Assembly: GCA_038212935.1 (NCBI GenBank)
Contig: JBBQTV010000002.1
Location: 21,004-85,003, forward strand
From: Pyrinomonadales bacterium
GTDB lineage: Bacteria > Acidobacteriota > Blastocatellia > Pyrinomonadales > Pyrinomonadaceae
DNA: 64,000 bases
Direction of reading: 5' to 3'
Part shown: positions 19,107 to 28,093 of the stretch, piece by piece
How positions within the stretch are numbered: the stretch's first letter is position 1
How the letters are laid out: every line of letters starts with the position of its first letter
Position numbers and translations under genes: made by a program
The notes under the pieces: generated by a model
The model's database searches: none
The model's input: the letters and a program-made list of their open reading frames with translations, nothing else
What the model was told of the DNA's origin: nothing

Positions 19107-22100
19107 ATGGCCTCACATAAGGCGAAGTCTAGCTTCGCTCGATCACATGTTCGCTTCTCAGCTCTCACAGGCAGACGCCGGGAAATCACAGCTTTCTTTG
19201 TTCTTTCATTTCTACTTTTACAATCTTTGGTCCTGGCCGTCCCGGCACAGAGGCTAGAACGTGAGACCACGAGAAACCTCGTATCCGAGGGCATCGTGAT
19301 CAGCCAGATCTATGGCGGCGGCGGCAATTCGAGTGCTCCTTTCACTAATGATTTCGTAGAACTATTTAACAGAGGCACTGTCCCAGTATCGATCAATGGT
19401 TGGTCAATACAATATGCAAGTGCGACAGGGACGGGAAACTTCGGTGCAAGTTCAACGATGCTCACCGAGCTGCCAAATGTAACGATCCAGCCGGGACAGT
19501 ACTACTTGGTACAGCAGGCCGGGGGTGCAACTGGTTCGCCATTGCCGACACCCGATCTGATCGATGCGACACCGATCGCGATGGCGGCGGCTTCCGGGAA
19601 GGTTGCTCTTGCCAATATCTCGACCACGCTCGGTTGCAACGGCGGCTCGACTACCTGCAACGCGACTCAGCTTGCCCAGATCGTCGATCTGGTCGGTTTT
19701 GGTGCCGCGAATTTCTTTGAGGGATCGGGAGCCGTGGCGGCGTTGTCGAATACGACGGCGGGCCTACGCAAAGGTGGCGGATGTACCGAAACTGACAATA
19801 ACAACACAGATTTTTCGACAGATGCCCCGGCTCCGCGGAACACCTCGACTCCGCAGTCTTCGTGTACTGTAACGTCAACGAACCCTAGCGGTGTTGGTGC
19901 GGCAAATCCCTCATCACTTCTGCCGGGTGAATCCTTGCTGCTTACGGTGACAGTCACGGCGGGAACGAATCCGGCGAGTACCGGGATCGCAGTTACGGGT
20001 GATCTGACGCAGATCGGCGGGTCGGCTACGCAAACGCTTTTTGACGACGGAACCAACGGCGATGTGACCGTGGGTGACAATGTATTCTCTTACCTCGCGA
20101 CGGTTGCTGAAAAGACGTCCGTCGGGGAAAAGACTCTTCCTGTCAGCATTACCGACTCTCAGGCCCGCTCGGGGTCTTCGAGCATATCGCTGACGGTGAC
20201 TTCGACCTCGACACCGCCGAGCGGAACCGGCAATGCAACCCCATCGACCGTAGCCGCGGGCGACGCCACGATACTTACTGTCGCAGTTCAGCCTGGCACG
20301 AACCCCACGAGTACAGGACTGACCGTGACCGGAAATCTTTCGTCGATCGGCGGATCGGCTACCCAGACGTTTTTCGATGATGGGACGAACGGTGACGTAA
20401 CACCGGGCGACAATACCTTCACATATTCGGCGATCGTCGATGCTTCGACGATCGGCGGCCTGAAATGGCTTCCGGTCTCGATCACAGACGCTCAGGCGAG
20501 AACTGGAAATACGAGTATCTCGTTGACGGTAACCGTACCGGAACAACCTGGCCAGTCACTTCCTTTCTCTCAAAACTGGTCAAATACCGGCTTGATCACG
20601 ACCGATAATAATTGGAGCGGAGTACCCGGAATCGTCGGGTATCGTGGCGATGGAATGTCCGGGGCAACGGGAGTTGATCCGCAAACGATCTTGCAAGATG
20701 GTTCGACCACTCCGGTTAGTGTCATAGCCAACCAAACGAATCCCAATATTTTAACGTCGGGCGGGATCGGTGAGTTCGAACTCACGAATCCGGTCGTAGG
20801 CTTCCAGGGCTCGGGAACTGCTCGTGCACCGCATCTTGTGATCAGCATCAATACTGTCGGTGCAACAAATATAGCTGTTAAATACAATCTGCGTGATGTA
20901 GATGGTTCGGGCGACAACTCAGCTCAGCCCGTGGCTCTGCATTACCGGGTTGGATCAGCGGGCAACTTTACTAATATTCCGGCCGCTTTCGTCGCCGATG
21001 CCTCATCAGGACCGAATCAAGCGGAACTGGTCACTCCGGTGGGTGTGTTGCTCCCGTCTGATGCCGAAGGGCATTCGCTTGTCCAGCTTCGGATAATGAC
21101 GGCGGATGCTGTCGGCTCGGACGAATGGATCGGAGTTGACGATATTCTGATCGAGAACAACGGCACTCTGCCGATGGCCGTAAGCGGTTCGGCATCGCCG
21201 ACACTGGTTGATGCAGGCAGCCAGACTCTATTGACTGCAACCGTGACTCCGGGAACGAATCCGAACAGCACTGGTATCACAGTCGAAGGAAACCTTTCCT
21301 CGATCGGCGGATTGGTAAACCAGCAGTTCTTCGACAACGGTACGAATGGCGATGTTACGCCAGGCGATAACGTCTTCTCGTATCTGGCGACCGTTCCTGT
21401 CGCTACCTCAAGCGGAAGTAAAACTCTTCCGATCTCGGTAGATGATGATCAATCGCGAACGGCGACGACATCCATTGGCATAACCGTCCGGGCCGCGGCT
21501 AATCCGCTTGTTCATATTACGATGGGCAACCCTTCGGGGGCAGTCACTGACGTAAACGTGCCAGACAACTATCTGATGCTGAAAGACCAGTACGCTCTTT
21601 CCTATCATCGCGATCGCGGGACTGCGAATTGGGTAGGTTGGCATCTTGATACATCGTGGATCGGATCCACGTCGAGACAAGATGACTTTCGTCCCGATTT
21701 GACGCTTCCCGCTGGCTGGTACCAAGTGACCGCGTTCGATTACTCGGGTTCGGGCTTTGACCGCGGCCATCATACGCCGTCTGGTGACCGGACATCCTCT
21801 ATTCCCGACAACTCTGCAACCTTCCTGATGACCAACATGATGCCCCAGGCCCCGGACAACAATCAGGGTCCGTGGGAGCAGCTCGAAAGTTTCAGCCGTT
21901 CTGTTGCGAATCAGGGCAACGAGCTTTATGTCTATATGGGCGGTGTCGGAACTGGCGGAACGGGTTCGAACGGCGGCATCACGGTGACCGTTGCGAACGG
22001 CAACGTTACGGTTCCGGCGTATACGTGGAAGGTAATAATGATCTTGCCAAGCGGCGATAGCGACGTTGCTCGGGTCGATCAGAACACCCGGACCATTGCG

Positions 22101-23120
22101 GTCATCATGCCGAACCGTCAGGGTATCCGTACAGATCAGTGGCAGAAGTACTTGGCTACCGTTGATCAGGTGGAAGCGATGACCGGCTATGACTTCTTCT
22201 CGAATGTGCCCGACGGCATTGAGGAGGTCATTGAAGCGAGACTCGACCCGGCAAGCAATACCGCTCCGCAAAACATCGGCGGCGGCACTTTCGCAAATCT
22301 TGCGATCGATGCTCCGAATACTACGCTCACGGGGGACGTGACCGTAACCGGAACACTGACCCTTGGCGGCAGCACCCTTCGCACGGGCACGAACAATAAG
22401 ATAACGCTTGGTCCGAACGCTAATGTAGTGCGGATCAGCGGTCTGGTAGACGGGAATTTCGAGAAGCTTTTCGAAACGCTTGATACGTTTGAATATCCGG
22501 TTGGAACGGTCCAGGGCTACACACCCGTAACGGTTCAACCGACCGAGCTTTCGATCTCGCCATCGAGCCTTACCATCGCATCGGTGGATGGAGAACATCC
22601 GAATGCGCCAGAGATCGAGTTAGCACTCGGGCGCTATTGGAGGATTACGGAAACCGGTGATCTGACGGTAAACATTGGTTTCCGTTATTTGGACAGAGAT
22701 ATTCCAGCGGATCTCTTTAGCGAATCGACGCTGACTTTGCAGAGATACGACGGCGTCTTTAATCCGGTTCCGACAAAGGTCAACACTGAGGCTAACACGC
22801 TCACGGCGAACGGCATTTCAATGTTCTCCGACTGGACGGCATTCGGAAGCATAGCTCCGACTCCCGCAAATGCGACGGTTGGGGGGCGAGTGGTCGATTC
22901 ATCGGGCCGAGCCGTGTATGGTGCGACTGTTTCGTTGATCGATTCTAAAGGCGTGGTTCGCAACGCTATATCGAGTTCGTTCGGGTATTTTGTGTTCGAG
23001 GGAGTGGCGACCGGTCAGTCTTACAATGCTGACGTTCGGCATCGACGACTCACATTCGAGTCACAGGTGATCAACGTAACTGAGGATGTTACTGGTTTGA
23101 TCTTTGCTGCAAATCCGTAA
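19107..23120 (+). CDS. extracellular DNA/RNA non-specific endonuclease with lamin-tail domain, three Ig-like repeat modules and C-terminal CarboxypepD_reg-like domain
   Basis: Signal/anchor segment ITAFFVLSFLLLQSLVLAVPA. LTD block IVISQIYGGGGNSSAPFTNDFVELFNRGTVPVSINGWSIQYASATG. NUC (Endonuclease_NS) block FDRGHHTPSGDR...FLMTNMMPQAPDNNQGPWEQLE. C-terminal GGRVVDSSGRAVYGATVSLIDSKG. Confidence 0.8.
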   Translation: MASHKAKSSFARSHVRFSALTGRRREITAFFVLSFLLLQSLVLAVPAQRLERETTRNLVSEGIVISQIYGGGGNSSAPFTNDFVELFNRGTVPVSINGWSIQYASATGTGNFGASSTMLTELPNVTIQPGQYYLVQQAGGATGSPLPTPDLIDATPIAMAAASGKVALANISTTLGCNGGSTTCNATQLAQIVDLVGFGAANFFEGSGAVAALSNTTAGLRKGGGCTETDNNNTDFSTDAPAPRNTSTPQSSCTVTSTNPSGVGAANPSSLLPGESLLLTVTVTAGTNPASTGIAVTGDLTQIGGSATQTLFDDGTNGDVTVGDNVFSYLATVAEKTSVGEKTLPVSITDSQARSGSSSISLTVTSTSTPPSGTGNATPSTVAAGDATILTVAVQPGTNPTSTGLTVTGNLSSIGGSATQTFFDDGTNGDVTPGDNTFTYSAIVDASTIGGLKWLPVSITDAQARTGNTSISLTVTVPEQPGQSLPFSQNWSNTGLITTDNNWSGVPGIVGYRGDGMSGATGVDPQTILQDGSTTPVSVIANQTNPNILTSGGIGEFELTNPVVGFQGSGTARAPHLVISINTVGATNIAVKYNLRDVDGSGDNSAQPVALHYRVGSAGNFTNIPAAFVADASSGPNQAELVTPVGVLLPSDAEGHSLVQLRIMTADAVGSDEWIGVDDILIENNGTLPMAVSGSASPTLVDAGSQTLLTATVTPGTNPNSTGITVEGNLSSIGGLVNQQFFDNGTNGDVTPGDNVFSYLATVPVATSSGSKTLPISVDDDQSRTATTSIGITVRAAANPLVHITMGNPSGAVTDVNVPDNYLMLKDQYALSYHRDRGTANWVGWHLDTSWIGSTSRQDDFRPDLTLPAGWYQVTAFDYSGSGFDRGHHTPSGDRTSSIPDNSATFLMTNMMPQAPDNNQGPWEQLESFSRSVANQGNELYVYMGGVGTGGTGSNGGITVTVANGNVTVPAYTWKVIMILPSGDSDVARVDQNTRTIAVIMPNRQGIRTDQWQKYLATVDQVEAMTGYDFFSNVPDGIEEVIEARLDPASNTAPQNIGGGTFANLAIDAPNTTLTGDVTVTGTLTLGGSTLRTGTNNKITLGPNANVVRISGLVDGNFEKLFETLDTFEYPVGTVQGYTPVTVQPTELSISPSSLTIASVDGEHPNAPEIELALGRYWRITETGDLTVNIGFRYLDRDIPADLFSESTLTLQRYDGVFNPVPTKVNTEANTLTANGISMFSDWTAFGSIAPTPANATVGGRVVDSSGRAVYGATVSLIDSKGVVRNAISSSFGYFVFEGVATGQSYNADVRHRRLTFESQVINVTEDVTGLIFAANP
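19881..20535 (+). repeat. two tandem ~108-codon modules inside the nuclease gene (third copy at 21178..21490)
   Basis: Shared ...LLTVTVTxGTNPxSTGIxVTGxLxxIGGSATQTxFDDGTNGDVTxGDNxF(S/T)Y...LPVSITDxQARxGxxSISLTV. Confidence 0.8.
21178..21490 (+). repeat. third copy of the FDNGTNGDVTPGDNVFSY module
   Basis: ASPTLVDAGSQTLLTATVTPGTNPNSTGITVEGNLSSIGGLVNQQFFDNGTNGDVTPGDNVFSYLATV... parallels the copies at 19881..20535. Confidence 0.75.
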
Positions 23121-23143
23121 TGGTGTTACATCTTTCGCAGCAA

Positions 23144-23175
23144 CCGGGGCTTGGTTCATCCAGCCCCGGTTTTTT
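23144..23175 (+). terminator. intrinsic terminator after nuclease gene
   Basis: CCGGGGCT-tggttcatcc-AGCCCCGG followed by TTTTTT. Confidence 0.75.
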
Positions 23176-23714
23176 AGATAAACTTCAAGCCTTTTGCGCA
23201 ATGTATAAGCTTGAGGAACAGGAGCTTACGAAATCGTTTGAATAATTAGAATTAAAGGAACGGTTTAGTAAGTTACGTGCTTTTCACGGTCCATCAGCTT
23301 TCCTAGCGATAGGAGATCGTTGTTCTGAAGTGAGTTTAGACGCGGGCCTTACGCCATTTAGTTCACCAAGCTGTCCGTCCAACCCTTTCGGAGTTAAAGT
23401 CAGCTCCGACATCGCCCGTACTCAGATCAACATGAACTCGGCTAATTAGTTGCGTCTGACGGTCGTTTAGAACGTCTTTGATATTCTTAATTTATTTGTG
23501 ATCGTTTGTTTTCAATCGCTCCACGGGTAAGCCCGAGATTATGCTTATGTTTGTGTTGGTGTTTTGTCGGAGAATGGAATAGGCGATAGATGTGTAAAAG
23601 GTCAAAGCAATTAAACATGCGTACAAGAGCCGGACTCGCACAGGTTCTTGCCACTCTGGGTTTTAGAAGTTGTTGCTAGTTCAATATAATTCAGAAATCA
23701 AGATAATGTGAGAA

Positions 23715-23730
23715 AGTCCTAATTAGGACT
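23715..23730. repeat. perfect 16-bp palindrome AGTCCTAATTAGGACT
   Basis: Read directly. The half-site AGTCCTAAT recurs twice in tandem at 57009..57032, at the other end of the island. Confidence 0.7.
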
Positions 23731-23807
23731 TCGTCGTTTGCTCGTAAAATTAGTTCGACAGTACAAATACATTACCACGATTTTTGCCCTTAATTTAATT
23801 TTTGTCT

Positions 23808-24119
23808 ACAACCCTTGCACGCAGCTCGGGAGATGTTGATGCAACTTACCGGACGATCTATATCTGGACCGTTCATTCTTCCATCTGTATCATTTATTGA
23901 CGTGCCGACGTCAAGTAATGAGGCTGAAGAAAAGTCCCCTAAATCAAGAAAGCCGATTGTAAAAAAGTCGCCAAAGAGAACGCCAACAAAACAGGGCAAA
24001 AGTAAACCGTGAAAAGCCAATGTGAACGGTATTAGTGGTTTGATCTTTGTTGAAAATCCGTGATGATTGTCCGTCTTTAGCGGTGACCGGGGCTTGGTTT
24101 GATCCGGCCCCGCCTTTTT
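23808..24119 (+). pseudogene. decayed 3-prime remnant of a paralogue of the nuclease gene (CarboxypepD_reg domain plus terminator)
   Basis: The last ~100 bp align at roughly 80 percent by eye with 23066..23176 (..ggtttgatctttgTtgAaaatccgtGatg..., hairpin ccggggcttggtt..). The peptide ..NVNGISGLIFVENP* compares with ..NVTEDVTGLIFAANP*. There is an in-frame stop at 24010. Upstream, TGRSISG..SVSFIDV compares with SGRAVYGATVSLIDS. Confidence 0.55.
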
Positions 24120-24269
24120 GTCTAGTATTTTTGTAGTCGTTTGATGTTTTCTTTCAAGAAGGCCCAATCCGGTTCGATCAGATCATCTTTCTTTTATTGA
24201 TTCGAATCGTTTAATCGCATCATTAGCCTCGACGCTTCGACCAGCTTTAGATGGGACTCATGAACTGAT

Positions 24270-24665
24270 TCAAATTCCTGCCTCCTCTCGAAAAATCAAG
24301 AACTTGACCGTATCGTTTTGGATGTATGCTTTTGCTCGGGAGCTGTTTGTATCCGGATTTCCGCCTGGCAATACTGGGGTACATCGAGCTTGCAAGAACT
24401 GGACTTTTAAGAGATTTTCTTCTGCGGTATTACTATAAGCTTTTAGGGAAAGATGCCCGAGATTGATCCCCGAATCAAACGGATCGACCGCTTCATAAGT
24501 GATTGCGACTGCTTTGGCCCCGCTTGAGCTCTCGATCGTTGCCAATTCGATATTGATAACCTTGCCCAGGTAAGACTCATCTCGATTACAGGAGGATTCC
24601 AGAACACCCAACGTTGTTAGACTGTTCGCGAGATAAGCGACGGTTTTTGTGATTCTTTCTGACAT
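24270..24665 (-). CDS. hypothetical protein (131 aa), co-operonic with upstream lipoprotein
   Basis: ORF starts 9 nt after the stop of 24674..25768; no motif recognised. Confidence 0.4.
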   Translation of the reverse strand: MSERITKTVAYLANSLTTLGVLESSCNRDESYLGKVINIELATIESSSGAKAVAITYEAVDPFDSGINLGHLSLKAYSNTAEENLLKVQFLQARCTPVLPGGNPDTNSSRAKAYIQNDTVKFLIFREEAGI

Positions 24666-24673
24666 TGTTTCTC

Positions 24674-25768
24674 CTATTGCTGTCCTGCGCTGATGATGAT
24701 CACATTGAGTTTCGAAATACTATCTGGTTTTAGGGTCTTCTCGTCGAAGGCAAGCCTTCGAAGATCAAAAACTCTCCTAGCATAATCGTCTCCGGTCGTT
24801 GTTTGCTTCTTATCATTTAAGGCCGCGAGAATAGCCTTTAGGTTAGGTGTCGCGTTGATCTCTGCGACGAGTCCGCTATCACCATTTATCCGTTCGACAA
24901 TATTCTGAAGTTGGGCGAGAGCCTTTGTTCTTATCGAGTCAGTTTCACCACTTTTTGAAGCCATTTGGAGTTGTCGCAACACATCGAGTGCATCGACTGC
25001 TGTTCTGGCTGCTTCTGTCGTGGCCGGAGTCGATGGAGCAAAGCCTTTCAAAACACGAACGGCTTCTTTTGACGCTGCTGCTGACTGGCTGGCATTCTGC
25101 TGTAGTTCCTGCAATGCGCGAGGTAAAGTTCCGGCATAAAAGTACTTGATCGTATCGCCTAACGCTTCGTCGAGTGAGTATACATCAACGTTTTCGTCTC
25201 GAAGTCGCGTGAGCATTTCCAAAAGGACTTTGTTCCGTGATGCCTGCATGCTACTAATCAGGGCTCCTGCTGTTTGTTCCTGGAAAAAATGTATGCTGCC
25301 AGATTGTCTACCACCACGAAAACCGATGATCGCGGCGTTGATTACTGTCTTAGCACGTTCGCCGTTTGTTATCGTGGCAGCAAAGTTGGCTCCGATTTCG
25401 GTTATGTCAGAAAGAAAACTGGCAGAAGATCGTTTGACGTAAAGATCGTTTTCGAATTGAAAATAGACGTAATCGATGGTTCGTATTAGGCGATGTACTG
25501 TGGCATCACGAATGCGCTTAGCTTTTTCGAGATCCGGTGTGGCATTCACGCAAGTCGTCTTCTCGTCGGAATTGTCACTTACAGATGACACAGTCTCAAT
25601 TGTCTCTCCAAAAATCGCACAATCGTATGCGGTTAGGTTGTCGTTAAGTTGATTCACTTCGTATTGGGCAACCCTCGCGACCACTGCAGGCTGAACCGGC
25701 CTTCCCTTTGGGCACCCGGTTGCCAGTACGACGATAAAAAGTGCTACTGCCAGAAATAATGTTCTCAT
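24674..25768 (-). CDS. lipoprotein, unknown function
   Basis: Internal ATG at 25768 is preceded by GGAGGA. Lipobox MRTLFLAVALFIVVLATGC. The rest is helical and Ala/Gln-rich; no family recognised. Confidence 0.5.
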   Translation of the reverse strand: MRTLFLAVALFIVVLATGCPKGRPVQPAVVARVAQYEVNQLNDNLTAYDCAIFGETIETVSSVSDNSDEKTTCVNATPDLEKAKRIRDATVHRLIRTIDYVYFQFENDLYVKRSSASFLSDITEIGANFAATITNGERAKTVINAAIIGFRGGRQSGSIHFFQEQTAGALISSMQASRNKVLLEMLTRLRDENVDVYSLDEALGDTIKYFYAGTLPRALQELQQNASQSAAASKEAVRVLKGFAPSTPATTEAARTAVDALDVLRQLQMASKSGETDSIRTKALAQLQNIVERINGDSGLVAEINATPNLKAILAALNDKKQTTTGDDYARRVFDLRRLAFDEKTLKPDSISKLNVIIISAGQQ

Positions 25769-27004
25769 TTTATCCTCCACAAACGTCAATCCGTAATCAT
25801 TTCCATGTAGAAGTAGTATTTGAATGAAATTGCATTCCGCCACGAGGAGTACAGTCGCTGGACTGAATTTTATGTCTGTTGGTGAAAACAAACCAGAAAG
25901 CCGTTACCACATTTCTTAGACGCAGTCCTGAGTCTCGGCGATTTAGCTCGTATCAAGATAAAGACACTACTCTGAGTCAGTAAACTAACGATAATCCCCA
26001 AAGCTCCGGCCGACGGCGGGGGCGAATGGATGAACCATGCGATATGACTCGAAATATTCTCCCTCGGTCGGGAATTCGCCTTGTTGGATGACAGCTAGAA
26101 CACGCACCAATACGCCCCTGAAGTCATTTTCCGATAACCGTCGATTTGTACGACGATGCTGAATTATCTAGTAATCCGATGAACACGTAAGATGGCCAGG
26201 AAGTGTGTTTCACTCAATTCTTTCGCAATCATTCGAGGTAAGAAATAGGCTTGCCTTTGTGTTAGGCGAGAAAAGACATTTACCTCGAATCTACACTTCT
26301 AACAAAAGATAGACGGAACAATTCTACGCTTTTGCGATTTTTTTTCGCCTTCTGATTTTTAGTTTGAATGGGTTGAAGGAAAAAAAAACTTTGCAAGGGA
26401 ATTCTCACCAGAACCGGCGAAACAATTGGGACGAGAATATTCCATATGTCTGGAAAACGGCGGGACCTCGATACTAGAACCTCCGAATCCGCGACATTCT
26501 TCAATTCATCAGTTATCTCTAACTGTTATTACTAAAGGCATGCTGGATTGAAGCAGGGCGGTCGAGATCCGTGCTATTCTCGCGAGACTGGTCACTTCAA
26601 AAGCTCCAAATCCATTTCAATGTCAGAATAAAATCCAGGGCGATTCAGAGTCCGCTGACTGAAAAACTTTATATAGACAACCGCAAAACTCCCGTAGAAG
26701 TTCGTCTAGCCAGATAGTTGCACCAAAGTTCACAAAATCAGATGCTTCTTTGGTAGCTACTCAGCGGTATATCACTGTCGAATTCAGTTGAGTTCGATGT
26801 TCCCGACTTTTTGTTAAACGGACTTGATCGTTATCACAACGATTAAGGTTAAGGAATTTAGGTATAAAACGCGGATTTAAGTGTGTCAGTGTCGCTACTT
26901 ACATATAGTCAAGATTGAGCCTACCTCTACCACGCGGTACCTATAGAGATGTTAACGGCGACTGATTTGAGACGCTAATCTTAAATAATCTGGAGGAAAA
27001 CCGT

Positions 27005-27928
27005 ATGGCAACTATTACAAAATACCGAGTAGGGGATAAAGCACCGCAGGGTTTACACATTCGTACTGAGCCGATTGTGAACAACGCGACGAAGATCGCT
27101 ATTCTTCCAATGGGACATCCGGTGACGAAGAAAGCCGAATCCAACGTTTCGCCATGGTGGGAAGTTTCAACAACACTAGATGGTGCTAATGTTGACGGAT
27201 TTGTAAGTAGCCAGTTTCTCGTTCGGGATTCTTTATTCTCCCCGCCGCAGCCGAAGAGTACGATCTCGGCAGTACATCTCATTTCGAGCCAGCCAGTTGC
27301 ACGAAGTAATAAGGCGCGTATGGCATACGCGCTTAACGAAGAAGGCCAACCGAAACGAAAAAGATCAGAATCAAAAAGTGAACGAGCAAATTCTTTAACG
27401 GCGATCATCCGGTGGCTTGACGTTGAGAAGAAGGCTAGGTACCTGTCAACTGCCCAATTTACTTACTGTAATATTTACGCCTACGACTATTGCTATCTCG
27501 CGGGGGTCTTTCTACCGCGCGTTTGGTGGTCAGTTGCAGCTTTGACCAAGCTCAAGAAGGGCACTGCTGTTTCTCCGATCTACGGATCGACTGTCGGCGA
27601 ACTGAATGCGAACAGCTTGTTCAACTGGCTCAAGGACTTTGGACCTAAGTTTGGATGGCGACGCACGCTCGACCTGACCGAAGCACAGAATGCCGCGAAC
27701 GGTGGAAAAGTGGTCATAATCTGCGCCAAGAACAAAAACCCTAATCGCTCGGGTCACATCTGCCCAATCGTCCCCGAGACACCATCAGCGAAAGCCATTC
27801 GCACGGGGTCGAAGGTGGCTCGACCGTTACAAAGTCAGGCGGGACGGCATAATCGAAAATACCAGACGATGCAGTGGTGGACGAATGGCACCTTTCAGGA
27901 TTGGGGCTGGTGGATTAACGAAGATTGA
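27005..27928 (+). CDS. SH3b-like domain protein with C-terminal papain-like (NlpC/P60- or CHAP-like) Cys-His domain; no signal peptide
   Basis: GGAGGA RBS. N-terminal SH3b-like YRVGDKAPQGLHIRTEPIVNNATKIAILPMGHPV...WWEVS..DGFVSSQFL. Candidate catalytic Cys in FTYCNIYAYDYCYLAG and His in RSGHICPIV. Tentative. Confidence 0.5.
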   Translation: MATITKYRVGDKAPQGLHIRTEPIVNNATKIAILPMGHPVTKKAESNVSPWWEVSTTLDGANVDGFVSSQFLVRDSLFSPPQPKSTISAVHLISSQPVARSNKARMAYALNEEGQPKRKRSESKSERANSLTAIIRWLDVEKKARYLSTAQFTYCNIYAYDYCYLAGVFLPRVWWSVAALTKLKKGTAVSPIYGSTVGELNANSLFNWLKDFGPKFGWRRTLDLTEAQNAANGGKVVIICAKNKNPNRSGHICPIVPETPSAKAIRTGSKVARPLQSQAGRHNRKYQTMQWWTNGTFQDWGWWINED

Positions 27929-28093
27929 CGGTTTTCGAATGTCGCAATATTGGCACATTCGGATTAGAAGATTTGAGGCAGAAGGCTCGGACAAAATTTG
28001 CAGAGTGAGTCAGAAATTGGACGAGTTGTTTGCGATGTTGTCGAGAGGTGCTGGAGCCCACCGATTTAGGTCACAGTAAACGAGAGGCCGATC

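Noticed and set aside
21408-22598. 396-aa antisense ORF inside the nuclease gene. Similar long antisense ORFs occur at 19914..20546, 15673..16323, 17182..17592, 60605..61165, 62451..63089, 37352..37831 and 42493..42942.
   Set aside because: Each lies fully inside a sense-strand gene that has clear domain motifs. Their products are Arg/Ser/Pro-rich low-complexity strings typical of antisense frames in GC-biased coding DNA.
23790-24167. 125-aa minus-strand ORF and the 65-aa plus-strand ORF (23815..24012) as real genes.
   Set aside because: The region aligns, in the plus frame and across an in-frame stop, with the 3-prime end and terminator of the nuclease gene. It is better explained as a decayed gene remnant.
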